Positions 20,930-30,084 of a stretch of 64,000 bases of DNA are shown one piece after another. The position numbers were made by a program, and so were the translations under genes. How positions within the stretch are numbered: position 1 is the stretch's first letter; every line of letters begins with the position of its first letter. This DNA is from Gemmatimonadota bacterium (lineage in GTDB: Bacteria > Gemmatimonadota > Gemmatimonadetes > Palauibacterales > Palauibacteraceae), in NCBI GenBank assembly GCA_963666735.1, contig OY762926.1, positions 2,912,001-2,976,000 on the forward strand. Direction: 5' to 3'. The notes beneath the pieces are model-generated. The model did no database searches. It saw nothing but the letters and a program-made list of their open reading frames with translations, and was not told the DNA's origin.

Positions 20930-21040
20930 CTATGAGGAATTCCGACAGGCAGTTCGGAAAACCTGATCTTCGTTGCTCCAGTAGAGAATGATCTCGTACT
21001 TGTGCATCAGTCGTCTGCTCCCAGCTTGTACATGAGGATC
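20930..21040 (-). pseudogene. HicAB toxin-antitoxin relic
   Basis: Minus strand reads LILMYKLGADD* (HicA-like C-terminus) overlapping ATG 21007 MHKYEIILYWSNEDQVF (HicB N-terminus), then breaks off. Confidence 0.7.
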
Positions 21041-21235
21041 AATTTCGTCAGGAATCGGGTCAACCAGTATAGAGGTCGCGGCGAGGTTGGCAGCGACGTA
21101 AGACGCGAGGGGTTCCGCCGTGGCGGAGTTGGTTTGCGGTTGAGACGCCTGTTCTCTAGCGTCGTGTGCGAAGGCTCGGTCGGCCTGGCTCGTGCAGCGC
21201 AGGAGATTCCGTGTCCACGTTCGTGATGGTTCGCC

Positions 21236-21562
21236 GTGTCCAGACATCGGACACCCAGGCGTGCGGACCTCTCGCAGCGCTTCCCCCGGAGCAGGTCGCT
21301 TGCGGCTAGCCTGATTGCTCAGGCTCCCATCGAACGAAGCGATCTGGTCGTCGAGATCGGGCCGGGCCGCGCCCGACGTTCCCTACAAGGTCCTGGGGAA
21401 CATCCCGTTCAACCGGACCGCCGCCATCGTCCGGCGGCTCGTCCAGGCCGATTTTCCGCCGCACGACGCCTGGCTCGTGGTCCAGCGTGAAGCGGCCGAA
21501 CGGTTTGCCGGCGGTCCCTGTTCCCGGGAGACCCTGCCCTCGCTGCTGCTCAAGCCGTGGTG
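21236..21562 (+). pseudogene. Erm/KsgA-family rRNA adenine methyltransferase, 5' part (internal deletion, interrupted by element)
   Basis: LSQRF..DLVVEIGPGR jumps out of frame directly to YKVLGNIPFN..LVVQREAAERF..LLKPW. Confidence 0.8.
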
Positions 21563-21656
21563 ACAAGGTGCATAAGGTTTACAACTGTTTGCACCCGATG
21601 AACTTAGGAGTTTCGTGAGTCGGATTCCCGTCGAATGATTCCCGCTGGTCGGGGTT

Positions 21657-22817
21657 TCAGCCGCGGACCCTCCGGCGACCTTCCAGTGCCGTCCTGAGTT
21701 GTCCAGCGTCCGGCCTCTGATAGCACCTGAGCACCGTTTGTGCATCCTTCCACCCGCCAAGCTCGCAGAGCACCTTGAGCGGAAGGTCCATCAGGTCGCT
21801 GGCGAACTTCCGCCTCAGCGAGTGCCAGCCCCGCCGCGGCTTCGGCTCCAGTCCTGCTAGTGTCTCGGCCTTCCTCCACCACTGAAAGACGGAAGCGCGC
21901 TGCACGCCCCGCGTGGCGTCCCTCGACGAGGGCAGCACCGGGGCATTATCGGTCCCGGCACCGCTCCCGCGCGCCTCTTCCAAGGTCGCGACCGCCTCTT
22001 CCGTCATCGGCGTGACGTGCTCGTAACCGGTCTTCTCGTGCTCGGCGCGCCACCGCACCTCGCGGCCCTCGAGATCGATGTCACCCCAGCGAAGGTTGCG
22101 AATGGCCCCGATTCGGTGTCCGGTCTCGTGGGCTAGCACGAACGCGACGTGGAACCGCCAGTCGACCTGCCGGGACACTCCGAGCATCGCCTGGTACTCC
22201 TCTTCGGAGAGGACGACCCGGGAGGGGTTCTTCTCCTTGGGTGTCCTCAGGCCCCTCAGCGGATTCGAGTCGAGAAGGAGTCTCCCCTCCTCGTCTCTGG
22301 ACTTCGTCGCCCAGTTGAGGACCGCGATAAGGAACCGCAGGTCCAACTCGATGGTCCGGTTGCCCACAGGCTTCCCGCTCGGTCCGATCCTGCCCGCCCG
22401 GCGCTCCCGGATGAAACGGTCCCAATCGCGCTGGGAGAAGGTGGCGGGATCGCGGTCCCGTCCGAAGAAGCGGAGGAACATCGCGATCGCGACCCTGTCG
22501 CGCTCGCGGGTCCGCTTCCCCTTGGTCGGGGTGACCTCCTCTCCGTAGATGTCAAAGAGCTTGCCCAGCGTGAGCGGCTCAGGCTCGGCTTCCGCCGTGC
22601 CGTTCAGGTCCAAGCTTGCGAACCCGGCGGCGAACTCATCCGCCTGCTTCTTCGCCCGGGTCCAGTCCCGGTGCCCGAGCGATCGGGTGAGCCTTCGACC
22701 GTTCTCGCGCCACTCGACTTGGAACAGGCCGGTCTTCGGGTCCGGGAAGACCCTGACCCGGTTCCGGCCCCACTCGCCGGCGCCGTAGCTCCGGCGGCTT
22801 CGTTTCGTGCGTGCCAT
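21657..22817 (-). CDS. Tyrosine recombinase/integrase
   Basis: ETGHRIGAI (R), HEKTG (K), WHSLRRK (HxxR), LGGW, RCYQ (Y); N-terminal arm-binding-like region. Confidence 0.9.
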   Translation of the reverse strand: MARTKRSRRSYGAGEWGRNRVRVFPDPKTGLFQVEWRENGRRLTRSLGHRDWTRAKKQADEFAAGFASLDLNGTAEAEPEPLTLGKLFDIYGEEVTPTKGKRTRERDRVAIAMFLRFFGRDRDPATFSQRDWDRFIRERRAGRIGPSGKPVGNRTIELDLRFLIAVLNWATKSRDEEGRLLLDSNPLRGLRTPKEKNPSRVVLSEEEYQAMLGVSRQVDWRFHVAFVLAHETGHRIGAIRNLRWGDIDLEGREVRWRAEHEKTGYEHVTPMTEEAVATLEEARGSGAGTDNAPVLPSSRDATRGVQRASVFQWWRKAETLAGLEPKPRRGWHSLRRKFASDLMDLPLKVLCELGGWKDAQTVLRCYQRPDAGQLRTALEGRRRVRG

Positions 22818-22963
22818 CGTTCGATACCTCCGATTCGATGGACTGCACGATCTGCACTGTTTGAAACCTCGCGCCGGGCGGGCGCGTCGTCCAGAGTTGG
22901 CGGCCCGGTGCGCTTTCGCGCGGGCGCGCCACGGGGGCGTTGGTTTCTGCGGGTTACCGTGGA

Positions 22964-23000
22964 GGCAGATGTGTTTTCGTTGCACGAAAACCTCTGGCCG
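22964..23000. promoter_or_regulatory. Putative oriT hairpin
   Basis: GTTTTCGT-TGC-ACGAAAAC perfect inverted repeat (22973-22991) with imperfect extension, just upstream of mobC-relaxase. Confidence 0.55.
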
Positions 23001-23061
23001 GGGGATGCCCCCCGGTCCCCCGAACGACACTTTCGCGCGCCACCAAAGGAGGCCGCCCGAC

Positions 23062-23406
23062 ATGGCTCGTCCCCGGAAGCCCGAGGCCGAACGCAGGACC
23101 CGCACGATCGGCGTGCGCGTCACGACCGCGGAGGCCGCCGAGATCGCCGAGCGGGCCGGAGCGGCCCGCATGACGAAGGGCGGCTACATGCGCCGCCGGG
23201 CGCTGGGGCAGCCGGTTCGCGAGGCGGCCGTTCACCGTCTCGGTGCCCAAGAGCGCGTCGAACTCCACCGGATCGGCGTGAACCTCAACCAGATCGCCCG
23301 CGCCCTGAACTCCGGGGCCTCGGTGCCGGACGGGACGCTGGAGGCGGTCGAGCGGGTGGGCGAGCTTGCGGCCGATCTGCTGAGCGGCGAGGCGCTGGAC
23401 CGATGA
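23062..23406 (+). CDS. mobC: MobC relaxosome accessory protein
   Basis: RHH-like N-terminus and ELHRIGVNLNQIARALN signature; RBS AAGGAGG. Confidence 0.9.
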   Translation: MARPRKPEAERRTRTIGVRVTTAEAAEIAERAGAARMTKGGYMRRRALGQPVREAAVHRLGAQERVELHRIGVNLNQIARALNSGASVPDGTLEAVERVGELAADLLSGEALDR

Positions 23407-24608
23407 TCCCGAAGATCAACAGTCTGGGACGCTCGTTCGCCGGTGCCGCGGCGTACTGTCTGCACGATTCCCCGACGCCGGACGACCGGAGCCCGGAGAC
23501 TTCGGAGCGGGTCGGGTGGGCCGACACCCGTAACCTCGCGACGTTTCGGCCGGAGCGGGCCGCGAGGCTGATGGCCGCGACCGCGAAGGCGGCCCCCGAC
23601 CTCAAGCGGCTGGCCGGGGCGGCGCGAGGGGGGCGGAAGCTGGCGAAGCCGGTGCTCCACTACTCGCTCAGTTGGGCGCAGGACGAGACGCCCGACAAGC
23701 GGGAGATGAGCCGCGCCGTGGACGGGAGCTTGGAGGCGCTGGGGCTGGAGGGCCACGAGGCGCTGGTCGTCGCGCACGACGACACCCGGCATCCCCATGT
23801 CCATGTGGTCGCCAACCGGGTCGATCCGGAGACCGGGAAGGCGGCGAAGCTGGGCAACAGCAAGCTCCGGCTGTCGCGCTGGGCCGAGGGCTACGAGCGG
23901 GAACAGGGCCGGATCCGCTGCGAGGCGCGGGTCAGGAACAACGAGCGGCGGCGGGCGGGCCAGGAGGTGGTTCGAGGTCCGTCGAACCGGCCGCGCCACT
24001 GGGCGCGCGTCCGCCGCGAGGGGTTGCAGCCCGGCCGGGCGCGGCGGGCAAGGGGGCCGCGCGATGAGGAGCGCGTCGACATGGAGGCATGGCGGCGCGC
24101 CGAGGCGGAGGCGTGGGAGAAGGTCGAGGACGGGCGCGAGTGGGGCCTCCGGCGACTCGATATCCGGGCGCGGAGGGAGTGGGCGGAGCTGCTCAAGCGG
24201 CAGGATGACACGCGGCAAAGGCTCGACCGGGAGAGCCGCACCGTGCTCGGGCGGCTCCGGATCTGGCGGACCGAGCGCTCGTTGCGGGAACTGGTAGGCG
24301 CGGTCCGGGGCCGGGAGGATCTGGTCGAGAGCTGGCGCGAGGATCTCGACCGGTATCACAGGGAAGAGCGCGCCGCGCTGGGCAAGGAACACGCCGGGCG
24401 CGCCCGGGAGCTCGAGCGCCGTGTGCACAAGTTCTATCGAAGTAGACTGGTGGAAGCGGAGCGGCGCGCATGGGCGGCGCGGGAGAGGATGAGGGAGCGC
24501 CAAGAGACGAGGGAGCGGGAGCGCGGCCCGAGCATCCCCATCCGCATTTCCCCTCGGCTGCCCCGGCCCCGAGGCCCCGAGCGTGGCGGGGGAGGGTTCG
24601 AGCGATGA
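23403..24608 (+). CDS. Relaxase/mobilization nuclease (MOBP-like)
   Basis: SFAGAAAY (catalytic Tyr), HYSLSW, HDDTRHPHVHVVANRV (3H motif). Confidence 0.9.
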   Translation: MIPKINSLGRSFAGAAAYCLHDSPTPDDRSPETSERVGWADTRNLATFRPERAARLMAATAKAAPDLKRLAGAARGGRKLAKPVLHYSLSWAQDETPDKREMSRAVDGSLEALGLEGHEALVVAHDDTRHPHVHVVANRVDPETGKAAKLGNSKLRLSRWAEGYEREQGRIRCEARVRNNERRRAGQEVVRGPSNRPRHWARVRREGLQPGRARRARGPRDEERVDMEAWRRAEAEAWEKVEDGREWGLRRLDIRARREWAELLKRQDDTRQRLDRESRTVLGRLRIWRTERSLRELVGAVRGREDLVESWREDLDRYHREERAALGKEHAGRARELERRVHKFYRSRLVEAERRAWAARERMRERQETRERERGPSIPIRISPRLPRPRGPERGGGGFER

Positions 24609-25030
24609 TCCTTACTCCCCGCCCGGGCGAACCCTCCCCCGTCCAGCAGACAGTTTGGTCTGGCGTAACTCCGGCCCTGCCACGCGGGCTTATGAGGATA
24701 AGTGCCGGAGTATTGATCGATTACGGCGGCATGGGCGCGCGCCGCGTGGATTCCTACTGGTTCCGGGTACGCGGAGCGGGGCGGAGACGGACCGCGCGCC
24801 GATGGGGTAGCCTCGGACCGCATTCGACGCCAAGGCAGTGGCCCCAAAGGCGCGGGTGGATCCGGGTGATCCTGGGGGTTGACGAAGACCCGCACCGGGC
24901 GGCACGCTATGAATTAGCGGCGGTTCGGGTTGACCTGTCGGCCGGGGCGAAGACCGTCGACAGCGAGCGCGTGATGCGGTGCCACGCTGGCGGCGCTGCC
25001 CGGGGGAGGCTTATGGATGGCGGCTGGTAG
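24605..25030 (+). CDS. Hypothetical protein
   Basis: ATGA overlap with the relaxase stop; no motif recognised. Confidence 0.4.
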   Translation: MILTPRPGEPSPVQQTVWSGVTPALPRGLMRISAGVLIDYGGMGARRVDSYWFRVRGAGRRRTARRWGSLGPHSTPRQWPQRRGWIRVILGVDEDPHRAARYELAAVRVDLSAGAKTVDSERVMRCHAGGAARGRLMDGGW

Positions 25031-25061
25031 GAGGCTCGGCATTGACGGCAGGCTCAAAATA

Positions 25062-25659
25062 ATGCTGTCTCCCGCAATAGCTACGGCCATCTCGGCGGCC
25101 GCGGTGAGCTTGGCCACTCTGGCGGTCTCGCCGACATGTGCACAGCAGGCAAACACGCCGCTCGTCGGCGAAATCTCCCCGGATAGCCTCGCAGCGCTGA
25201 TCTCGGCCGCCGAACAGGGCCACGCCGTCGCTGAGTACACCCTTGGGTGGATGTACGACTTCGGGTTTGGCGTGCCGAAGAACGACGCCGAGGCCGTCCG
25301 CTGGTATCGCGCCGCCGCCGAACAGGGCCACGCTGTCGCTCAGTTCAAGCTCGGGGAGAAGTACGACTTCGGGCGTGGGGTTCCGGAGAAACGACGCCGA
25401 GGCCGTCCGCTGGTATCGCGCCGCCGCCGAACAGGGCTACGCCGTCGCTCAGTTCAAGCTCGGGCTCATGTACGCCACCGGGGAGGGCGTGCCGGAGGAT
25501 AATGTGCTTGCCTACGCTTGGATGAATCTGGCCGGTGCGCAGGGCGTTGACGAAGCCCAGGAAGCCAAGGATCGGCTGTCACGCGACATGACCCGCGAGC
25601 AAGTGGCACGAGCTCAAGAGTTGAGCGTCGAGCTTCTGCGGACGATAAACCAACCCTGA
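25062..25659 (+). pseudogene. Secreted Sel1-repeat protein with +1 frameshift near 25390
   Basis: Signal peptide; repeats AEQGHAVAQFKLG..Y..G.GV.. split over two frames; DNA repeat units are 109 bp apart instead of 108. Confidence 0.8.
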
Positions 25660-25725
25660 TGGGGGACTGTCCGATTTTCTGTATAAATGGGCCAAGGGGG
25701 CAAGTGACCCCCCGAGGCGTGGGCC

Positions 25726-25911
25726 GTGATCGGCGTAGGCGTGGCGCTCGGTGGGACCGTGGTTCCGGCGCTTCGGGCGATCCGTGGCGACTTGGCCGCG
25801 CTGTCTCGCGACGTGGGGGACCTACGGAAGCGGATGGCGCGGCTGGAAGGGCTGATCGAGGGTTGGCGCGGCGAGGCCCCCGAGGTCCGGAGGGGGGAGG
25901 CCTCCAGTTGA
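25726..25911 (+). CDS. Small TM plus coiled-coil protein
   Basis: IGVGVALGG hydrophobic segment, then DLRKRMARLEGLIEG heptads. Confidence 0.5.
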   Translation: MIGVGVALGGTVVPALRAIRGDLAALSRDVGDLRKRMARLEGLIEGWRGEAPEVRRGEASS

Positions 25912-26387
25912 GCGGCGGCGGGCGCGTGGATCGAACCCTCCCGCTCGTTCTCATTGCCTTGGCGTCACTACTCCCCGGCCCCGTGGCTGCCCAAGATGAG
26001 GTTACCGAGCTGGAGCGCTTCAGTCTGTGTACCGGCTGTGCGGTGAATCTCTTGCCAGTGATCGACTGGGAGGATTCGGATGTTGCCGGGGGTCCCCGCG
26101 TCCGCGAAATTGAAATTGAAACGGCCGTCCGAAGCCGGTTGCGGGCCGCGAGAATCTATGACCCGGAGGCAACCGGCTATCTCTACATCTCCGTGGGGGC
26201 GCCAAGGGTGGGGGCTGGCAACTTCTTTCTGGGATTGGTGAAGCAGCTACAGGACCCCGCGACGGGGGCGAGGGGAAGCGCCGAAACGTGGCAGACCTCC
26301 GGCCGTATTGACCCGTTTGAAGAGTTTCGTAAATCGCTGGACGTATTCATGGACCAATACCTACGGGTCAATGAATGCGGGCAGTGA
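25908..26387 (+). CDS. Secreted hypothetical protein
   Basis: Signal peptide LVLIALASLLPGPVAAQD; TTGA overlap with the preceding ORF. Confidence 0.55.
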   Translation: MSGGGRVDRTLPLVLIALASLLPGPVAAQDEVTELERFSLCTGCAVNLLPVIDWEDSDVAGGPRVREIEIETAVRSRLRAARIYDPEATGYLYISVGAPRVGAGNFFLGLVKQLQDPATGARGSAETWQTSGRIDPFEEFRKSLDVFMDQYLRVNECGQ

Positions 26388-26399
26388 CGGCCCGGACGC

Positions 26400-26760
26400 T
26401 GGACGTTCGCGGCCTTCGGCGCACGGATTCGAGAGACGGCGGCGGGTTCCGTGACCCCGAGGGACCCTATGGCGGATCGACCGGCTTCGACCGGGACCGG
26501 CGGGGGACTTCCGGGGAAGACATCCGCGAGTGGCTTGCGATGGTGGGGTATATGGAGGGGATCGGTTCGGAGCGAGGGATCGCGTGGCGGTGCGCGGACC
26601 CGATTTCGCTGCGCGAGTGCCTGGGATACGGACTCTCGAAGAACCCGCCGGAGCATTCCGGCCTGTCGAAGACGCGCAAGCGGCTGAGCGTCGAGGCGCA
26701 CGCGGCGGTGTTCGACCGGGTGGTGGAGTTGCTGCGGTCCTCGGGTCTTCTGAGCGGCAG
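26400..26760 (+). pseudogene. IS1182-family transposase N-terminal fragment
   Basis: MVGYMEGIGSERGIAWRCADPISLRECLGY..PPEHSGLSKTRKRL (DUF772-like). Confidence 0.7.
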
Positions 26761-26976
26761 AACGACACCCAGAAGATCGTCAACAAGTCGTGGAGCTTCG
26801 CCCACCTGCTCCGCGACGACGGCCTGTCTTACATGGCCTACACGGAGCAGGTCACCTTCCTGCTCTTCCTGAAGATGGCCCACGAGCGCACCCGACCGCC
26901 GTGTAGCCGTCCCGCGATCGTGCCGGAGGGTCTTGACTGGCCGATCCTGCTCGCCCGCGATGGCCAAGAGCTGTGA
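26760..26976 (+). pseudogene. hsdM: Type I R-M HsdM N-terminal fragment
   Basis: IVNKSWSFAHLLRDDGLSYMAYTEQVTFLLFLKMA..LDW; truncated after about 70 aa. Confidence 0.8.
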
Positions 26977-29393
26977 GTGATCCCGCCGTCCAGAGAGTCA
27001 CGGTTTCGCAGCGAAGCCGACCGCTTCGGTTCGCGTTTCTTCTCGGAGGGTGGGAGGACTCATGCAGGCTTAGGTCGGCAATCCGTCTCTTTACGAGCCT
27101 TTGGGGCGGCAAGTACAACTGCCTAGTGCCGGTCCAGCTTGATCCGCCGCCGTGGGCGCAGGGGCATCGATCAGGAATCGAGATAGCAGAGGGGTATCTC
27201 GGCGCGTTCGAGCCGGATTTTCTCGTAACCGACGACCTCGGCTTGACCGAGGGACTGGGTTACGAGGAGGACCGCGTACTTGCCATGTCGGAATTCGCGG
27301 GACAGGCTGCGGACACTCCATTTTCTCATGGCATCGGGGTTGATGAGCTCTATCGATGGATGTGGAAGGAGGACCTCCAATACGAGAAGCGAGATCCCCC
27401 AGAAGTTGTACTTCCGCGTGCGGTCAAAGTAGAGCAAGAGCCGCTTGTGGCGACCTGCTTCGGGGAGTTCGGGAGGTTCCCCAGCCCGAACGCCGGAGGC
27501 CCCGATTTCGAGGGAGCCTTTAGGTACGTATTCGGCGCTCAGGATCTAGACGTGACGGCAAACGAACTTCTGCGCCTGCTCCTCAAGGGTGTTGTATACC
27601 CGCTCTCTGCAGGTGCCCACCATCTCGAGACCGGGCAACGTGATCCATTGCTGTTTGTTCTCGACCCTGCGTCAATCCTTGATCTTGTCGATTTCTGGAA
27701 TCTCCGCGCGCTGGGCATGAATCCGGTTCCCGTGCCTGTGCCATGGCTAGATGAACTCACACCGCAGCTCGCGGAACTGGCGAAGGCACTTCACCGGCCA
27801 CATCCCCACAACCCAGATTATATGCTCTCGGCCACGCTAATATGCGGTCGGTCGCTGGAACCAGCTGAGGCTCGTGCGCATGGGGAGAGGCTACGGGCAG
27901 AATCCGCGCCAGAGGCGTTGTTGTTGAAGCCTTATCCGCGCGTCTGGCACCCATGGAGTAGAGCTCACGAGGGGGCCCGCCGTATGAACATAGCGGCATC
28001 GAGGGCCGTCACGGACGAAGTCGTGCTTACCGGCGACCGAATCAGCTTCGAAGCATGTCCACTGCCGTTGAGGACGAGTCGCTCGCCTTATCGGGAAGCT
28101 GATTCGGCGCGTGTAGTTCGTGTGCGGAGCTACCTGGACGGATCCAGCATAGCCTCGGTAACTCCGTCCGACCTAAGGTCAGCTGGCCAAGTGATCGCCT
28201 ACCCTTCTCTACACCCCGCGTGGTTCTCGTCAGAGGGGATTGTGGTGACTGCCAACGGCACCAATCGCTTCTTCTGGAAGGTGCCCCGAGGGACCGAGGT
28301 CTGCCGGAGTTGGTTGGCGCAGCACGGGTTCAAGCTTGAAGTGACATCTGGCGGGAAGCTGATGCACGAAGCGATGCAGCGGCTCGGGGGACTCGCCAAC
28401 ACGCGGATTCTGACGAGGGAGAAGTTAGCGAAGTTGTTGAACCGCATGGCCGGTCGGCCCGATCGCCCGCCTAAGGCGTATCCTTGGCAAGCTCTTGTAG
28501 GAAAGAGCGCGGAACCAAAGAACAAGGCAGATAGACGGCTCGCGGAGCTGTCGGTTCAAGTGCTCGTCGAGCGCAAAGCACTGGAAGTCGGCGCGACCCT
28601 TGATTGTGCACATTGCGGTCAAGACAATTGGTACGGCCTAGACCACCTCGGAACATCGTTGCAGTGTGGCCGCTGCCTGCAAGACTTTGACTTCCCTGCC
28701 ACCAGACCGCCTCCGAAGCCGTGGCGTTATCGAACGGTCGGTCCCTTTGCAGTCGAAAACTACATTCAAGGGGGGCTGTCGGTCTTGTTATCCGTGCGAT
28801 TGCTAGCCAACACGAGCGCTGGGGCCGGAAGGGATCGGATCACGTGGTGCCCATCCTTCACGTTGAAGAGGAACGACGGAAGCTGGAGCGAGGTCGAAGT
28901 CGATGCCATGGCGTTCATCGAACAGAATGAGCCATATGCTGAATCCGTGTTCCCTGTCTTCGTTGAAGGGAAATCCTACGGCAAGAAACACGGAGGCAGT
29001 ATCTTCGAGGAGAAGGACGTATTCAACATGCGCCGGATCGGCGAGGAGTTTCTTGGGGCCGTTCTGGTGTTCGCGACACTCAGTTCCTCATTGAAGCAAG
29101 CGGATGTCGACTTGATCAAGCCTCTCGCAGAGAACGGGCGACAGCCAATCGCCGATGGACACTGGAAGAATGCCGTGGTGGTGCTTACCGGCCGGGAGTT
29201 GTTCTCAGATTGTGGCCCGCCAGACTGTTGGGAGCAACTCGTTGAGAACGAGGCGCTTGCCAAGATGAGTTTGGCCGCGTCGAGCCTACACCGGTTAGCC
29301 GACGCAACACAACAGTTGTACTTGGGCCTGGAACCCTACTCCACCTACTTGGGGCGGTGGATCGGGAATCCGAATCCACCACCGCCGGGCTAG
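26973..29393 (+). CDS. Large hypothetical protein with Zn ribbon and C-terminal PD-(D/E)xK-like domain
   Basis: 806 aa; CAHC-x16-CGRC; EVDAMAF...VFVEGKSY; lower GC than host. Confidence 0.7.
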   Translation: MSDPAVQRVTVSQRSRPLRFAFLLGGWEDSCRLRSAIRLFTSLWGGKYNCLVPVQLDPPPWAQGHRSGIEIAEGYLGAFEPDFLVTDDLGLTEGLGYEEDRVLAMSEFAGQAADTPFSHGIGVDELYRWMWKEDLQYEKRDPPEVVLPRAVKVEQEPLVATCFGEFGRFPSPNAGGPDFEGAFRYVFGAQDLDVTANELLRLLLKGVVYPLSAGAHHLETGQRDPLLFVLDPASILDLVDFWNLRALGMNPVPVPVPWLDELTPQLAELAKALHRPHPHNPDYMLSATLICGRSLEPAEARAHGERLRAESAPEALLLKPYPRVWHPWSRAHEGARRMNIAASRAVTDEVVLTGDRISFEACPLPLRTSRSPYREADSARVVRVRSYLDGSSIASVTPSDLRSAGQVIAYPSLHPAWFSSEGIVVTANGTNRFFWKVPRGTEVCRSWLAQHGFKLEVTSGGKLMHEAMQRLGGLANTRILTREKLAKLLNRMAGRPDRPPKAYPWQALVGKSAEPKNKADRRLAELSVQVLVERKALEVGATLDCAHCGQDNWYGLDHLGTSLQCGRCLQDFDFPATRPPPKPWRYRTVGPFAVENYIQGGLSVLLSVRLLANTSAGAGRDRITWCPSFTLKRNDGSWSEVEVDAMAFIEQNEPYAESVFPVFVEGKSYGKKHGGSIFEEKDVFNMRRIGEEFLGAVLVFATLSSSLKQADVDLIKPLAENGRQPIADGHWKNAVVVLTGRELFSDCGPPDCWEQLVENEALAKMSLAASSLHRLADATQQLYLGLEPYSTYLGRWIGNPNPPPPG

Positions 29394-29403
29394 CGTAGTG
29401 TCG

Positions 29404-29570
29404 CTAAGTGTTGTTCGCACGGCTGACTTTCGCCAAGATGTCCTCGACCGCGGCAGTCCACTTGTACTGTGCCGGGTCTCGGTTCCGGTGGTCGATGTAG
29501 GCCGTGATGGTGTCGGTCAGCTGCTTCACGCTGGTCACGGCGAGCCGCTTCAGATGGCGCTGCGTCAGTT
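29404..29570 (-). pseudogene. IS630-family transposase C-terminal relic
   Basis: LKRLAVTSVKQLTDTITAYIDHRNRDPAQYKWTAAVEDILAKVSRA. Confidence 0.7.
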
Positions 29571-29770
29571 TGGGCTTACCCCGAGTTGGTGGACACCTTG
29601 GAGCGTTGGTCACAACAAGGAGGTGTTCCATGGCCGACAGCGGACGGCGGTACGCGCCGGAGTACAAGGCGCGGATGGTGGTACTGGTACGGGCGGGCCG
29701 TGGCGCGGACCAACTGGCCCGTGAGTTCGAGCCCTCGGCGACGGCGATCCGGCGCTGGGTGGAGCTGGAG
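29571..29770 (+). mobile_element. IS3-family left-end fragment with truncated orfA
   Basis: Terminal TGGGCTTACCCCGAGTTGGTGGACAC and MADSGRRYAPEYKARMV, closely related to the IS at 45997-47299. Confidence 0.8.
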
Positions 29771-30084
29771 AAAGGATGCCCGGCCGACCGTTCTTCTACG
29801 GGCTGACCGACCCAGTTGCCTGCTGATGCCAGCCACTAAGGGCCAACGGAATCCAGTTCCCCCCGGCGGAAACAATGGGTGGGAAGAATGCTCACACGGC
29901 GTCCGTAAATCACATAGCAGAAAAGGATTACGAAAGACGTGAGATCAGTCCGCGGGAACGCATTCCACGGAACCACCTGTGTCGTGCAGCCGCTGACTTC
30001 ATTCCCACTGGTCTCACTGTACTACGCGGGATCCACGGGACTTGTCGCTCAGCATCGGTAGGATCGGATCGCCAGCCGTTTCAA

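Noticed and set aside
21657..24608. 504-aa integrase and 819-aa relaxase as called in the ORF track
   Set aside because: The extensions overlap each other, oriT and mobC; motif-supported starts are 22817 and 23403.
25281..25465. Possible CRISPR-like or DGR-like direct repeats
   Set aside because: They are Sel1 coding repeats; no spacers, cas or reverse transcriptase genes in the window.
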